Shown here: piece after piece, positions 1-9,486 of the stretch
How the letters are laid out: each line of letters begins with the position of its first letter
Numbering within the stretch: the first letter of the stretch is position 1
Assembly: GCA_041395845.1 (NCBI GenBank)
Contig: JAWKZS010000001.1
Coordinates: forward strand, 196,470-220,469
Direction of reading: 5' to 3'
Length of the DNA: 24,000 bases
Source of the DNA: Gammaproteobacteria bacterium
GTDB lineage: Bacteria > Pseudomonadota > Gammaproteobacteria > Pseudomonadales > Ketobacteraceae
Notes under the pieces: model-generated
What the model was told of the DNA's origin: nothing
Database searches by the model: none
Seen by the model: the letters and a program-made list of their open reading frames with translations, nothing else
Made by a program: the position numbers and the translations under genes

Positions 1-2135
1 TGGCGGTGTCTGCACTGCAGCCGGGCCGCCGGGTGAAAGTCCCCTTTGGCAAACGCCAGCTGATCGGCCTCGTGACCGGCATTCTGCCCCACTCCGATTA
101 CGGTGACGAAAAGCTGAAAGCCATCACCGAAGTCCTGGATGAAGAACCTGCGATCCCCCCTTTGCTGCTCCAGCTGTGCCAGTGGGCTGCTGACTATTAT
201 CAGTACAGCATCGGAGAAGTGCTGGCGGCCGCGCTGCCAACCTTGCTGCGCACCCAGGATGACAGCTGGCAGGAAGTGGCGATCCGCTGGCAGCTGACCC
301 AGAAAGGCCGCCTGATCGGACTGGAACAGCTGGGCCGGGCCAAGCGCCAGCAGGAGGCGATTGGCATACTGCGGGAGCATCCGGACGGTCTGCACCACAA
401 AATGCTTACCGGGCTGGGCGTCCAAGCCGCCATCCTGAAAACCCTGCAGTCCAAGGGACTGATCGAGCAGCATGCCGATGGCCCTGCCCGGCGGCACTGG
501 CAGGCCAATCGCGCGCTGGCGGAAAGCCCCCTCACCCTGAACGAAGAACAGCAACATGCCCTGCAGGCGATCACCACAGCTGAAGGGTTCATGCCGTTCC
601 TGCTGGAAGGCGTCACCGGCAGCGGCAAGACCGAGATTTACCTGCAGGCCATCACCCATTGCCTGCAACAGGGGCGACAGGCCCTGGTGCTGGTGCCGGA
701 AATTGGCTTGACGCCGCAAACCCTGCACCGCTTCCAGCAGCGATTCGCAGTGCCTGTGGTGGGGTTTCATTCCAACCTGAATGATCGGGAACGCCTTGCC
801 AGCTGGCGCAAGATCCGCAATGGCGAGGCTGCGATCCTGATCGGCACCCGCTCGGCCCTGTTTGCGCCGACCGAAAACCTGGGCCTGATCATCGTGGATG
901 AAGAGCACGACCTGTCCTACAAGCAGCAGGAAGGTTTTCGCTACAACGCCCGGGATGTAGCCATCATGCGGGGCAAGATCGAGAATGTACCGGTGGTGCT
1001 GGGCAGCGCGACCCCGGCTCTGGAAACCCTGCACAACGCCCGCAATGGCCGCTACCAGCATCTGTTGCTGACCCAGCGTGCCGGCAACGCACTGCCACCG
1101 CGCTACCGGGTGCTGGATATCCGCCAGAAAGCGCTGACCCACGGCATGGCGCCGGAATTGCTCGATGCGATGAAACAGACCCTGCAGGCCGGCCGCCAGG
1201 TGATGGTCTTCATCAACCGCCGCGGTTATGCCCCGGTATTGATGTGTCACGATTGCGGCTGGTTCAAGGAGTGCCCCCACTGCGACCACCGCATGACCTG
1301 TCATGCCAATCCCGCACGCCTGCACTGCCATCACTGCAATTATCAATGCAGCATTCCCCGCTACTGCGGTCACTGCAAGAGTACGGACCTGCGCCCGGTG
1401 GGCATGGGCACCGAACGGCTGGAAGATAATCTGGCGGCACTGTTTCCGAAATTTCCGGTGATCCGGATTGATCGTGACACAACCCAGCGCAAGCATGCGC
1501 TGGCCCAGCATCTGGAACGGGTGCAACAGGGGCAGCCCTGCATCATTGTCGGCACCCAGATGCTGGCGAAGGGACATCATTTCCCCAAACTGGCACTGGT
1601 GGCGGTATGCGATATCGATGCCGGCCTGTTCGCAGCGGATTTTCGCGCCACGGAGCACACCGCGCAGTTGTTGATGCAGGTGTCCGGACGAGCAGGCCGC
1701 GCCAGTGATCAGGGGACCGTCATCCTGCAAACCCATCAGCCGGGACATCCCCTGCTACAGACGCTGCTGAACGATGGTTACAGCCGTTTTGCCACTGAAC
1801 TGATCAATGAGCGCCGTCTGCTGGGAATGCCGCCGTTCGGCTATCTGGCACTGCTGCGGGCGGAAAGCACGGAACCGAAACAGGCCTCCGGCTTTCTGCA
1901 TCAGATGGGCCAGTGGCTGCAGCACAACAACGATCTGGGTGGCGTGGAAGTGTGGGGCCCGGCACCGGCACTGATGCCGCGCAAGGCACGGCGGTTCCGC
2001 TTTCAACTGATGTTGCGGGCCGATCAGCGGGGCGCGTTGCAGCGGGCAGTGAAATTGATGGTGGCCCAGGCAGACGCCACTGCCAGCCACCAGCTGCGCT
2101 GGAGTGTCGATGTCGATCCAGTGACGCTGGATTAA
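1..2135 (+). CDS. priA: Primosomal replication-restart helicase PriA (5' end outside the window)
   Basis: The frame-3 ORF is open to the window edge. The first residues (RRVKVPFGKRQLIGLV) align to about residue 25-40 of E. coli PriA as I remember it, so the N-terminus is missing. Motifs present: Walker A GVTGSGKTEIY, helicase motif II IIVDEEHD, and the PriA-specific Cys-rich zinc insert CHDCGW..CPHCDH..LHCHHCNY..RYCGHC. Confidence 0.95.
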   Translation, partial: AVSALQPGRRVKVPFGKRQLIGLVTGILPHSDYGDEKLKAITEVLDEEPAIPPLLLQLCQWAADYYQYSIGEVLAAALPTLLRTQDDSWQEVAIRWQLTQKGRLIGLEQLGRAKRQQEAIGILREHPDGLHHKMLTGLGVQAAILKTLQSKGLIEQHADGPARRHWQANRALAESPLTLNEEQQHALQAITTAEGFMPFLLEGVTGSGKTEIYLQAITHCLQQGRQALVLVPEIGLTPQTLHRFQQRFAVPVVGFHSNLNDRERLASWRKIRNGEAAILIGTRSALFAPTENLGLIIVDEEHDLSYKQQEGFRYNARDVAIMRGKIENVPVVLGSATPALETLHNARNGRYQHLLLTQRAGNALPPRYRVLDIRQKALTHGMAPELLDAMKQTLQAGRQVMVFINRRGYAPVLMCHDCGWFKECPHCDHRMTCHANPARLHCHHCNYQCSIPRYCGHCKSTDLRPVGMGTERLEDNLAALFPKFPVIRIDRDTTQRKHALAQHLERVQQGQPCIIVGTQMLAKGHHFPKLALVAVCDIDAGLFAADFRATEHTAQLLMQVSGRAGRASDQGTVILQTHQPGHPLLQTLLNDGYSRFATELINERRLLGMPPFGYLALLRAESTEPKQASGFLHQMGQWLQHNNDLGGVEVWGPAPALMPRKARRFRFQLMLRADQRGALQRAVKLMVAQADATASHQLRWSVDVDPVTLD

Positions 2136-2141
2136 GTAGTC

Positions 2142-3311
2142 TTACGCACTGGAAGCGGACGGTGCACTGCCGGACGACAGGGTCGCAACCACCTGATCCC
2201 GCCCGGCGCGCTTGGCTTCGTACAGGTTGTCATCCGCCTGACGCCAGGCATCGTCCACGGTGCCGCCATTGATCTGTACCACACCGATACTGACGGTCAC
2301 CGCGAAAGCGTGATCCCGCCGACCAAAGGCCTGGGTGCGCAACTGCCACGCAATGTGTTCGGCGATACGCTGGGCTTGCGCCAGTTCGGTATCCGGCAGC
2401 AGCACCGCGAATTCTTCACCCCCAACCCGCGCGGCCACATCGCCCCGGCGCCGGATGGAATCCGCCAGAATCCGCCCGAAAACTTCCAGCACCTTGTCAC
2501 CGGCGGGATGACCGTGGCGGTCGTTCACCTGCTTGAAATGATCCACATCGAGAAGCATCAAACACAGTGGATGGCGGCGCCGGGCGAAGCGCATCATTTC
2601 CAACTCAAACGCATCCATGAAGGCGCGACGATTGAGCAGCCCAGTCAGCGTGTCGGTGCGCACCAGCGCTTCCAGTTCTTTTTGCTCTCGCAGCATGATG
2701 TAGGCAATCAGAAAAAACAGCGCCACTACTGGTATCGTGATCATGTTGTAGATGATGCGCAGCCAGAAGGCCCACCAGGCGTTGAGCGGCTCACCCACGT
2801 AAATCGGGCTTTGCAATAACGGCGCGTAGGGAAAGGCATCGGTCCAGAACGCGACTTCGCTGATCACGAACAGAAACCCCATCACGATAAAGATCGGCTT
2901 GTAGATTTGCGGCTTGAACAGCGCCCGCACCAGAATCAGCATCCCCATGCACAGCAGCATCAGCGGGGAATCCTTGTAGCCATAGCCGATGCTCAGCACG
3001 ATCACGGCGGAAAACGCGGTAAACACCGCAAACAGGGACAGCGCCGGCAAATCCTGTTCCGCCTTGCGCAACTGCCAGGCGCGCCGCGCGATCAGCAACT
3101 GGGTCGCCATCACCAGCACCAGCACCACCTGACTGAATGGCACCCGCTCCTGCCGGTAAATGTGGCTCCACTGCTCTGACATCTGCGCCGCCAGCGGCAT
3201 GAACAGAAACACCGTGAATAATGGCAGTGGCACCAGCGATATCACCAGGCAGGCCATCGCATCGCGCTGCTGGCGGAACAGTTTTTCAAGCCAGCGCAGG
3301 GGCGCGGACAT
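2142..3311 (-). CDS. Membrane-bound diguanylate cyclase (multi-TM N-terminal domain plus GGDEF domain with intact I-site)
   Basis: 389-aa ORF. The N-terminal half has about 6-7 hydrophobic helices. The C-terminal half has GGDEF-domain hallmarks: LTGLLNRRAF, DVDHFKQVND..GHPAGD, active site GGEEF, and RRGD exactly 5 residues upstream of GGEEF (canonical RxxD inhibitory site). Confidence 0.9.
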   Translation of the reverse strand: MSAPLRWLEKLFRQQRDAMACLVISLVPLPLFTVFLFMPLAAQMSEQWSHIYRQERVPFSQVVLVLVMATQLLIARRAWQLRKAEQDLPALSLFAVFTAFSAVIVLSIGYGYKDSPLMLLCMGMLILVRALFKPQIYKPIFIVMGFLFVISEVAFWTDAFPYAPLLQSPIYVGEPLNAWWAFWLRIIYNMITIPVVALFFLIAYIMLREQKELEALVRTDTLTGLLNRRAFMDAFELEMMRFARRRHPLCLMLLDVDHFKQVNDRHGHPAGDKVLEVFGRILADSIRRRGDVAARVGGEEFAVLLPDTELAQAQRIAEHIAWQLRTQAFGRRDHAFAVTVSIGVVQINGGTVDDAWRQADDNLYEAKRAGRDQVVATLSSGSAPSASSA

Positions 3312-4455
3312 GCGGGCCCTCCTGATTCAGCGCGGTGGCGACGATACGGTTACGTCCCTGCGCCTTGGCCAGATACAGGTTCGCATCGGCATAATGCAGC
3401 AACGCCTCGGCGGAGTGACCGTGACTTTCCACCACCCCCATACTCAGAGACACCTTGAACGGGCCATGGACGCCCTGGAAAGTGACACGGGCCAGACTGT
3501 CCTGAATGCGCTGGCACACCTGCTTTGCCCCCGCCAGCGTGGTGTCCGGCAGCAGCACGGCGAACTCTTCGCCGCCAACGCGCGCCGGCACGTCGGTGGG
3601 TACCCGCATGTGTTCCCGCAGGATGTCACCCAGCGACTGCAGCACCTGATCCCCCACCAGATGACCGTGGGTATCGTTGATCTTCTTGAAGTGGTCCGCA
3701 TCGATCAGCACCAGACTCAGCGGATATTCGTTGCGCCCGAGCCGGGCACACTCACGCTCCAGCCGCTCCATGAAATAGCGCCGGTTGGCGAGCCCGGTGA
3801 GCACATCCAGCTGGGACATCAGGGTAAGGGTCTTCTGATGAAAATCGTAATGCCCGAACAACAGCCAGATCAGCACACCGTAAGCGAGCACAATCACATA
3901 CTGGATGCCGGAGCGCAGGACTTCCGCCATGAAATGCTGCTGGCCGTTTTCGAACGCCTGGGGACCATAACCCGGCGCGTAGGGCACCAGCCCGGTGAAG
4001 ATCGCCAGATCATTGACCGCAACAATCAGGACCCCCACCGCCAGACCGATCGCCGAGGACCGCATGTCCAGCAGCAGCAGGCCGCAGGGTACCAGGCCAA
4101 TGATCACCAGATTGGCGGGATAGGTCAGGTTGCCCCCCAGAAACGCGGTGGTTGAAAAGCCGATGGTCGCCAGCACGGCAATGGCGGCATACACCCGAGG
4201 CAGCGGCGTCACCCACAGCCGCCGTGGCCGCAACCACACCAGCATGCCCAACTGAATGACCATGGCCAGCACGATCAACAGACCGCCAGCGATCATGTAG
4301 AAGGGATCCAGCAATGGCGTCAGGGAAGGCACGACAAGACCCACCCCTGGCGCAAGAATAAAGGCCAGCAGGAAGGGCATTTGAAGGTAGATCGCAAAAA
4401 TGGCACGCTGCGCGGGCGTTGCCTCGCTGAGAAAAGCGCGGAATCGATCCAGCAT
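3286..4455 (-). CDS. Membrane-bound diguanylate cyclase, paralog of the downstream gene (GGDEF domain, degenerate I-site)
   Basis: Also a 389-aa ORF. Multi-TM N-terminal half, then LTGLANRRYF, DADHFKKIND..GHLVGD and GGEEF. The residues at the I-site position read VPTD rather than RxxD. Its stop overlaps the next gene's ATG by 26 nt. Confidence 0.9.
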   Translation of the reverse strand: MLDRFRAFLSEATPAQRAIFAIYLQMPFLLAFILAPGVGLVVPSLTPLLDPFYMIAGGLLIVLAMVIQLGMLVWLRPRRLWVTPLPRVYAAIAVLATIGFSTTAFLGGNLTYPANLVIIGLVPCGLLLLDMRSSAIGLAVGVLIVAVNDLAIFTGLVPYAPGYGPQAFENGQQHFMAEVLRSGIQYVIVLAYGVLIWLLFGHYDFHQKTLTLMSQLDVLTGLANRRYFMERLERECARLGRNEYPLSLVLIDADHFKKINDTHGHLVGDQVLQSLGDILREHMRVPTDVPARVGGEEFAVLLPDTTLAGAKQVCQRIQDSLARVTFQGVHGPFKVSLSMGVVESHGHSAEALLHYADANLYLAKAQGRNRIVATALNQEGPHVRAPALA

Positions 4456-4679
4456 GTATGTACCTGTTTGTTATTGTTATTGCTGTACAGAATTCATTCT
4501 GTACCCTCCCGCCAAAGCGCGCCAGATGCTGCAACCACTTGATAACCATTCGTTACGCATTGCAATACTCGGGCCTCCGCGCCCCGCTGGCTCTGGCCAT
4601 CGGACGGCCAAACGGGGATAATACCCGGCTATTTTTCACCAAATTCCGCCAACCTACCTGACAGATTGCGCTGCCTCAC

Positions 4680-6440
4680 ATGAAACAGACCCTGGAAAAC
4701 CTGCTGGAAACCACCTTCGATACGCTTGTCAGCCAAGGCACCATTCCGGCGGATGCCCCGCGCAAGATCCAGGTAGACCGTACCAAGGACAAGACCCACG
4801 GCGATTTCGCCACCAATCTGGCGATGATTCTGGCCAAGCCTGCAGGAATGAAACCCCGCGAGCTGGCGGACAAAATCGTAGCGGCCCTGCCAGACAACAC
4901 GGCCATCATCAAAGTGGATATCGCCGGCCCGGGCTTCATCAACTTCTTCATGTCTTCCGACAGCCGCTTCGCCGTGGTGCGCCAGGCGCTGGAAGACGTC
5001 ACCGCATTCTCTTCACCGAACATTGGCAACGGCGAAAAAGTGCTGCTGGAATTCGTATCCGCCAATCCCACCGGCCCGATGCATGTGGGCCATGGACGTG
5101 GCGCGGCCTATGGCTCGGCCTTGGGCAACCTGCTGACCGCCACCGGCCATCAGGTCCACCGCGAATACTACATCAACGATGCCGGCAGGCAGGCGGATGT
5201 ACTGGCGGTGTCGGTATTCATGCGTTATCTGGAAGCCTGTGGCCAGACCGTCAGGATCCCCTCCCGTGCCTATCCTGCTGATTATGTGCGGGTGTGTGGC
5301 GAAGCGCTGAAAGCCAAAGTGGGCGACGACTATTTCCGTCTCTACAGTGAAGTGATGGCAGACCTGCCCGAAGATCCCGAGGGCGACGGCGACGACATCA
5401 AAGCCAAAAAAGAACTGCACCTGGATGCACTGATCGAGCGCGTGCGCACGCTGCTGGATTCCGACTACCGCAAGCTGCAGGATTTTGCCCTCGACATGCA
5501 GATGGACGCGATCCGCTCCACCCTGCAGGCGTTCAACGTGGAATTCGACCAGTGGTTTTCCGAGCGCTCGCTGCTGGACACCGGCGCCATCGGCCATGCC
5601 ATCGACCTGCTGCGGCAGCGTGGCCACGTGTACGAGAAAGACGGCGCAGTCTGGCTGGCCACCTCGAAACTGGGGGACGAAAAAGATCGCGTACTGATTC
5701 GCGATAACGGCATCCACACCTATTTTGCTGCGGACGTGGCCTATCACCTGCACAAGCTGGAACGCAAGTTCGACACCCTGATCGACGTCTGGGGTGCCGA
5801 CCACCACGGCTACATCGCCCGGGTGCGCGCGGCCATCGAAGCACTGACCGGCCAGGGCGACAAATTCCACGTGGCGCTGATCCAGTTCGTCACCCTGTCA
5901 TCCGGCCGCATGGGCAAGCGCTCCGGCAATTTCGTGACCCTGTCGCAACTGATCGAGGAAGCTGGCAACGATGCCACCCGCTTCTTCTACCTGACCCGCT
6001 CACCGGAACAGCATCTGGAATTCGATATCGATCTGGCCCGCTCGCAGACCGCCGACAACCCGGTGTTCTATCTGCAGTACGCCCATGCCCGCGTGTGCAG
6101 CATGGTGCGGGAACTGGGTGAGCGCGGCTACAGTTATGATCAGGAAGCCGGCCTTGCCGCCCTGGCCGATCTGCCGGAAGCCGCTGCCGAAGATCTCGCC
6201 AAGCGCATTGCCGCCTGGCCCGACGCGGTCGCCGGCGCAGCCCGCAACAAGGCACCCCACCAGCTGACCCACGTACTGCGGGAACTGGCCCAGGAATTTC
6301 ATGCCTGGTACAACGGCAACAAAGTCCTGGTGGACGAATCCAATATCCGGAATGCGCGCCTGGCGCTGGCCATCGCGGTGAAGAACATCATCGCCAACGG
6401 CCTTGCCCTGCTGGGTGTGAGCGCACCGGAAAAAATGTAA
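4680..6440 (+). CDS. argS: Arginine--tRNA ligase
   Basis: 586-aa ORF. It has the class I HIGH-type motif (ANPTGPMHVGHGRGA) and the N-terminal Arg-tRNA synthetase additional domain pattern (THGDFATNLAM). It is collinear with E. coli ArgS along the whole length by eye, with the C-terminal anticodon-binding region ending ..LLGVSAPEKM. Confidence 0.95.
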   Translation: MKQTLENLLETTFDTLVSQGTIPADAPRKIQVDRTKDKTHGDFATNLAMILAKPAGMKPRELADKIVAALPDNTAIIKVDIAGPGFINFFMSSDSRFAVVRQALEDVTAFSSPNIGNGEKVLLEFVSANPTGPMHVGHGRGAAYGSALGNLLTATGHQVHREYYINDAGRQADVLAVSVFMRYLEACGQTVRIPSRAYPADYVRVCGEALKAKVGDDYFRLYSEVMADLPEDPEGDGDDIKAKKELHLDALIERVRTLLDSDYRKLQDFALDMQMDAIRSTLQAFNVEFDQWFSERSLLDTGAIGHAIDLLRQRGHVYEKDGAVWLATSKLGDEKDRVLIRDNGIHTYFAADVAYHLHKLERKFDTLIDVWGADHHGYIARVRAAIEALTGQGDKFHVALIQFVTLSSGRMGKRSGNFVTLSQLIEEAGNDATRFFYLTRSPEQHLEFDIDLARSQTADNPVFYLQYAHARVCSMVRELGERGYSYDQEAGLAALADLPEAAAEDLAKRIAAWPDAVAGAARNKAPHQLTHVLRELAQEFHAWYNGNKVLVDESNIRNARLALAIAVKNIIANGLALLGVSAPEKM

Positions 6441-6449
6441 GGAACGATT

Positions 6450-6959
6450 TTGGCGAAGAAAGCGCAATCCAACGTCCCCGCCTGGGTATGGCTGTTCACC
6501 GGTGTCGTGACCGGCCTGTTCTTGGCGTTTCTCTACTACCTTGCCGGGATCAAGCCCACCGCCCAGCAAATGCGGGATGTGGAAATGAAAACGCCCACGG
6601 TCAGCAGCGACGGCAAGGGCGCGCCCAAGTTCGATTTCTACACCCTGCTGCCGGACAAGGAAGTGGTGGAAGCCACCACACCCCGCCCGAAACAGCCAGC
6701 CACCCCCAAGCCGGATGCCACCCCGGAAACCTTCCTGATCCAGACCGGCTCGTTCCGCTCTGCCGAGGAAGCCGACCGCCGCCGCGCCGAACTGATCCTG
6801 ATGGGAATGGACGTGAAAATCCAGAAAGTGGTGCTCAGCGGCGGCGAAACCTGGCACCGGGTGCAGATCGGTCCGTTCAACAGCGCAGCCACACTCGAAG
6901 CCGCCAAAACCACCCTGGCGGAAAACCAGGTGGAATACATCGTCACCCGCTTGAAATAA
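6450..6959 (+). CDS. SPOR-domain (peptidoglycan-binding) membrane-anchored protein
   Basis: TTG start 6 nt after AAGGA. N-terminal TM helix WVWLFTGVVTGLFLAFLYYLAGI, a Pro/Thr-rich linker, and a C-terminal SPOR-like fold pattern (FLIQTGSFRSAEEADRRRAELILMG...WHRVQIGPF...EAAKTTLAE). A SPOR gene sits in the same position between argS and hslV in Pseudomonas-type gene order. Confidence 0.8.
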   Translation: MAKKAQSNVPAWVWLFTGVVTGLFLAFLYYLAGIKPTAQQMRDVEMKTPTVSSDGKGAPKFDFYTLLPDKEVVEATTPRPKQPATPKPDATPETFLIQTGSFRSAEEADRRRAELILMGMDVKIQKVVLSGGETWHRVQIGPFNSAATLEAAKTTLAENQVEYIVTRLK

Positions 6960-7013
6960 TCCACCCCGCCCCCATAACTGCTCCACTGCTCTGTCTTATG
7001 AAAAGGAGTCACC

Positions 7014-7559
7014 GTGGAACAGTATCGCGGCACCACCATCCTGTCGGCCCGCCGTAACGGCAAGGTTGTCATCGGCGGCGATGGCCAGGTCAGCCTGGGC
7101 AACACCATCATGAAAGGCAACGCCCGCAAAGTGCGCCGCCTCTACAACAATCAGGTGATCGCCGGGTTTGCCGGTGGCACCGCCGATGCCTTTACCCTGT
7201 TCGAACGCTTCGAAGGCAAGCTGGAAAAGCACCAGGGCAACCTGACCCGCGCTGCCGTGGAACTGGCCAAGGACTGGCGTACCGACCGCATCCTGCGCCG
7301 GCTCGAAGCCCTCCTCGCCGTGGCCGACAAAGAAGCCTCGCTGATCATCACCGGCAATGGCGACGTCATCCAGCCGGAAAACGATCTGATTGCCATCGGC
7401 TCCGGCGGCCCCTTTGCGCAATCCGCGGCCCGCGCGCTGCTGGAAAACACCGAATTGAGTGCCCGCGACATCGTCGAAAAGGGCCTGCGCATCGCTGCCG
7501 ACATCTGCATCTACACCAATCACAACCTGACCATCGAAGAACTGGACTGCGCCCGCTGA
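7014..7559 (+). CDS. hslV: ATP-dependent protease subunit HslV
   Basis: GTG start preceded by AAGGAG. Near-collinear with E. coli HslV ([72 protein letters not shown]). A 6-residue extension (MEQYRG) precedes the catalytic Thr. Confidence 0.95.
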   Translation: MEQYRGTTILSARRNGKVVIGGDGQVSLGNTIMKGNARKVRRLYNNQVIAGFAGGTADAFTLFERFEGKLEKHQGNLTRAAVELAKDWRTDRILRRLEALLAVADKEASLIITGNGDVIQPENDLIAIGSGGPFAQSAARALLENTELSARDIVEKGLRIAADICIYTNHNLTIEELDCAR

Positions 7560-7577
7560 GCGCCGAGAGCTGTGACC

Positions 7578-8921
<1,344 letters not shown>

Positions 8922-8971
8922 CAGTAAAGAGACTACTGCTGTTAGGCCAGCAAGCTGAAGCCTATCGCGAA

Positions 8972-9079
8972 GCAGGAGACGGGACATTGATTCCGGAACG
9001 TTTGCGGCCAGGGAAGGCCGCGAACGAGCCTACAGGGATGTACTCGTGGCGGTTCCGGGATCAATGTCCTGTCTCCTGC
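8972..9079 (+). repeat. Nested-hairpin intergenic element: 28-nt inverted arms, 52-nt spacer with two inner hairpins
   Basis: Arms 8972-8999 and 9052-9079 pair at 28 of 28 positions as + strand RNA (26 Watson-Crick pairs plus 2 G-U pairs). Inner hairpins are 9004-9021 (6-bp stem, loop AGGGAA) and 9025-9046 (8-bp stem with a CC bulge, loop GGGA). I verified the pairing base by base. Confidence 0.7.
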
Positions 9080-9114
9080 GCCACCCAAACCAGTTCAGGC
9101 GAAGCGCATTCAAC

Positions 9115-9486
9115 ATGACCCCAACCGAAATCAAACTCCACACCGAATCCCGCCAGCTGGAACTCGCCTACCCCAACGGCGAATCCCACCGCCTCAGCTA
9201 CGAATTCCTGCGCGTGCTGTCGCCTTCCGCCGAAGTCCGCGGCCACGGCAAACCCGTACTGCAGACCGGCAAGAAATTCGTCACCATCCGCGACATCCAG
9301 CCCGCCGGCAACTACGCCATCAAAATCACCTTCGACGACGGCCACGACTCCGGCCTGTATTCCTGGCAATACCTGTACGATCTCTGCCAGCACCAGGACC
9401 AATACTGGAACGATTACCTGCAGCAACTGCAACAGGCCGGCGCCAAACGCGAGCCCTCGATGATCGGCAGCTGGAAGCCGCAATGA
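9115..9486 (+). CDS. DUF971 (gamma-butyrobetaine hydroxylase-like N-terminal domain) protein
   Basis: I chose the ATG at 9115 (MTPTEIKLHTESRQLELAYPNG...). The ORF-track GTG start at 9046 lies inside the hairpin element. The pattern LxYEFLRVxSPSAEVRGHG...I.....GNYAIKITFDDGHDSGLYSWQYLY is typical of DUF971 as I recall it. A DUF971 gene follows hslU in Pseudomonas-type synteny. Confidence 0.8.
   Translation: MTPTEIKLHTESRQLELAYPNGESHRLSYEFLRVLSPSAEVRGHGKPVLQTGKKFVTIRDIQPAGNYAIKITFDDGHDSGLYSWQYLYDLCQHQDQYWNDYLQQLQQAGAKREPSMIGSWKPQ

Noticed and set aside
3160-4155. 331-aa + strand ORF inside the second GGDEF gene, plus similar long antisense or alternative-frame ORFs at 5013-5870, 6000-6986, 9775-10746, 10830-11708, 16754-17719, 17743-18702 and 18339-19208
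   Set aside because: All overlap genes with clear family motifs on the opposite strand or in another frame. All have Arg/His/Gln/Gly-rich shadow-frame composition.
4568-4640. Possible terminator or attenuator-like structure with a T-run (CTATTTTT) in the argS 5' region
   Set aside because: Base-by-base checking gave only short stems (4-5 bp: CCCCG/CGGGG, TGGCC/GGCCA, CGGG/CCCG) with no contiguous GC-rich stem abutting the T-run. That is not enough to call a terminator or leader.
7014-7034. HslV N-terminal extension MEQYRG before the catalytic Thr, as a possible mis-called start or novelty
   Set aside because: No alternative start codon lies immediately before the Thr-Thr. Short HslV propeptides removed by autoprocessing occur in other bacteria as far as I recall, so this is probably ordinary.
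9046-9114. Longer GTG-initiated version of the DUF971 ORF
   Set aside because: The extra 23 codons lie within the right arm of the 8972-9079 hairpin element and encode non-conserved sequence. The ATG at 9115 gives the conserved DUF971 N-terminus.
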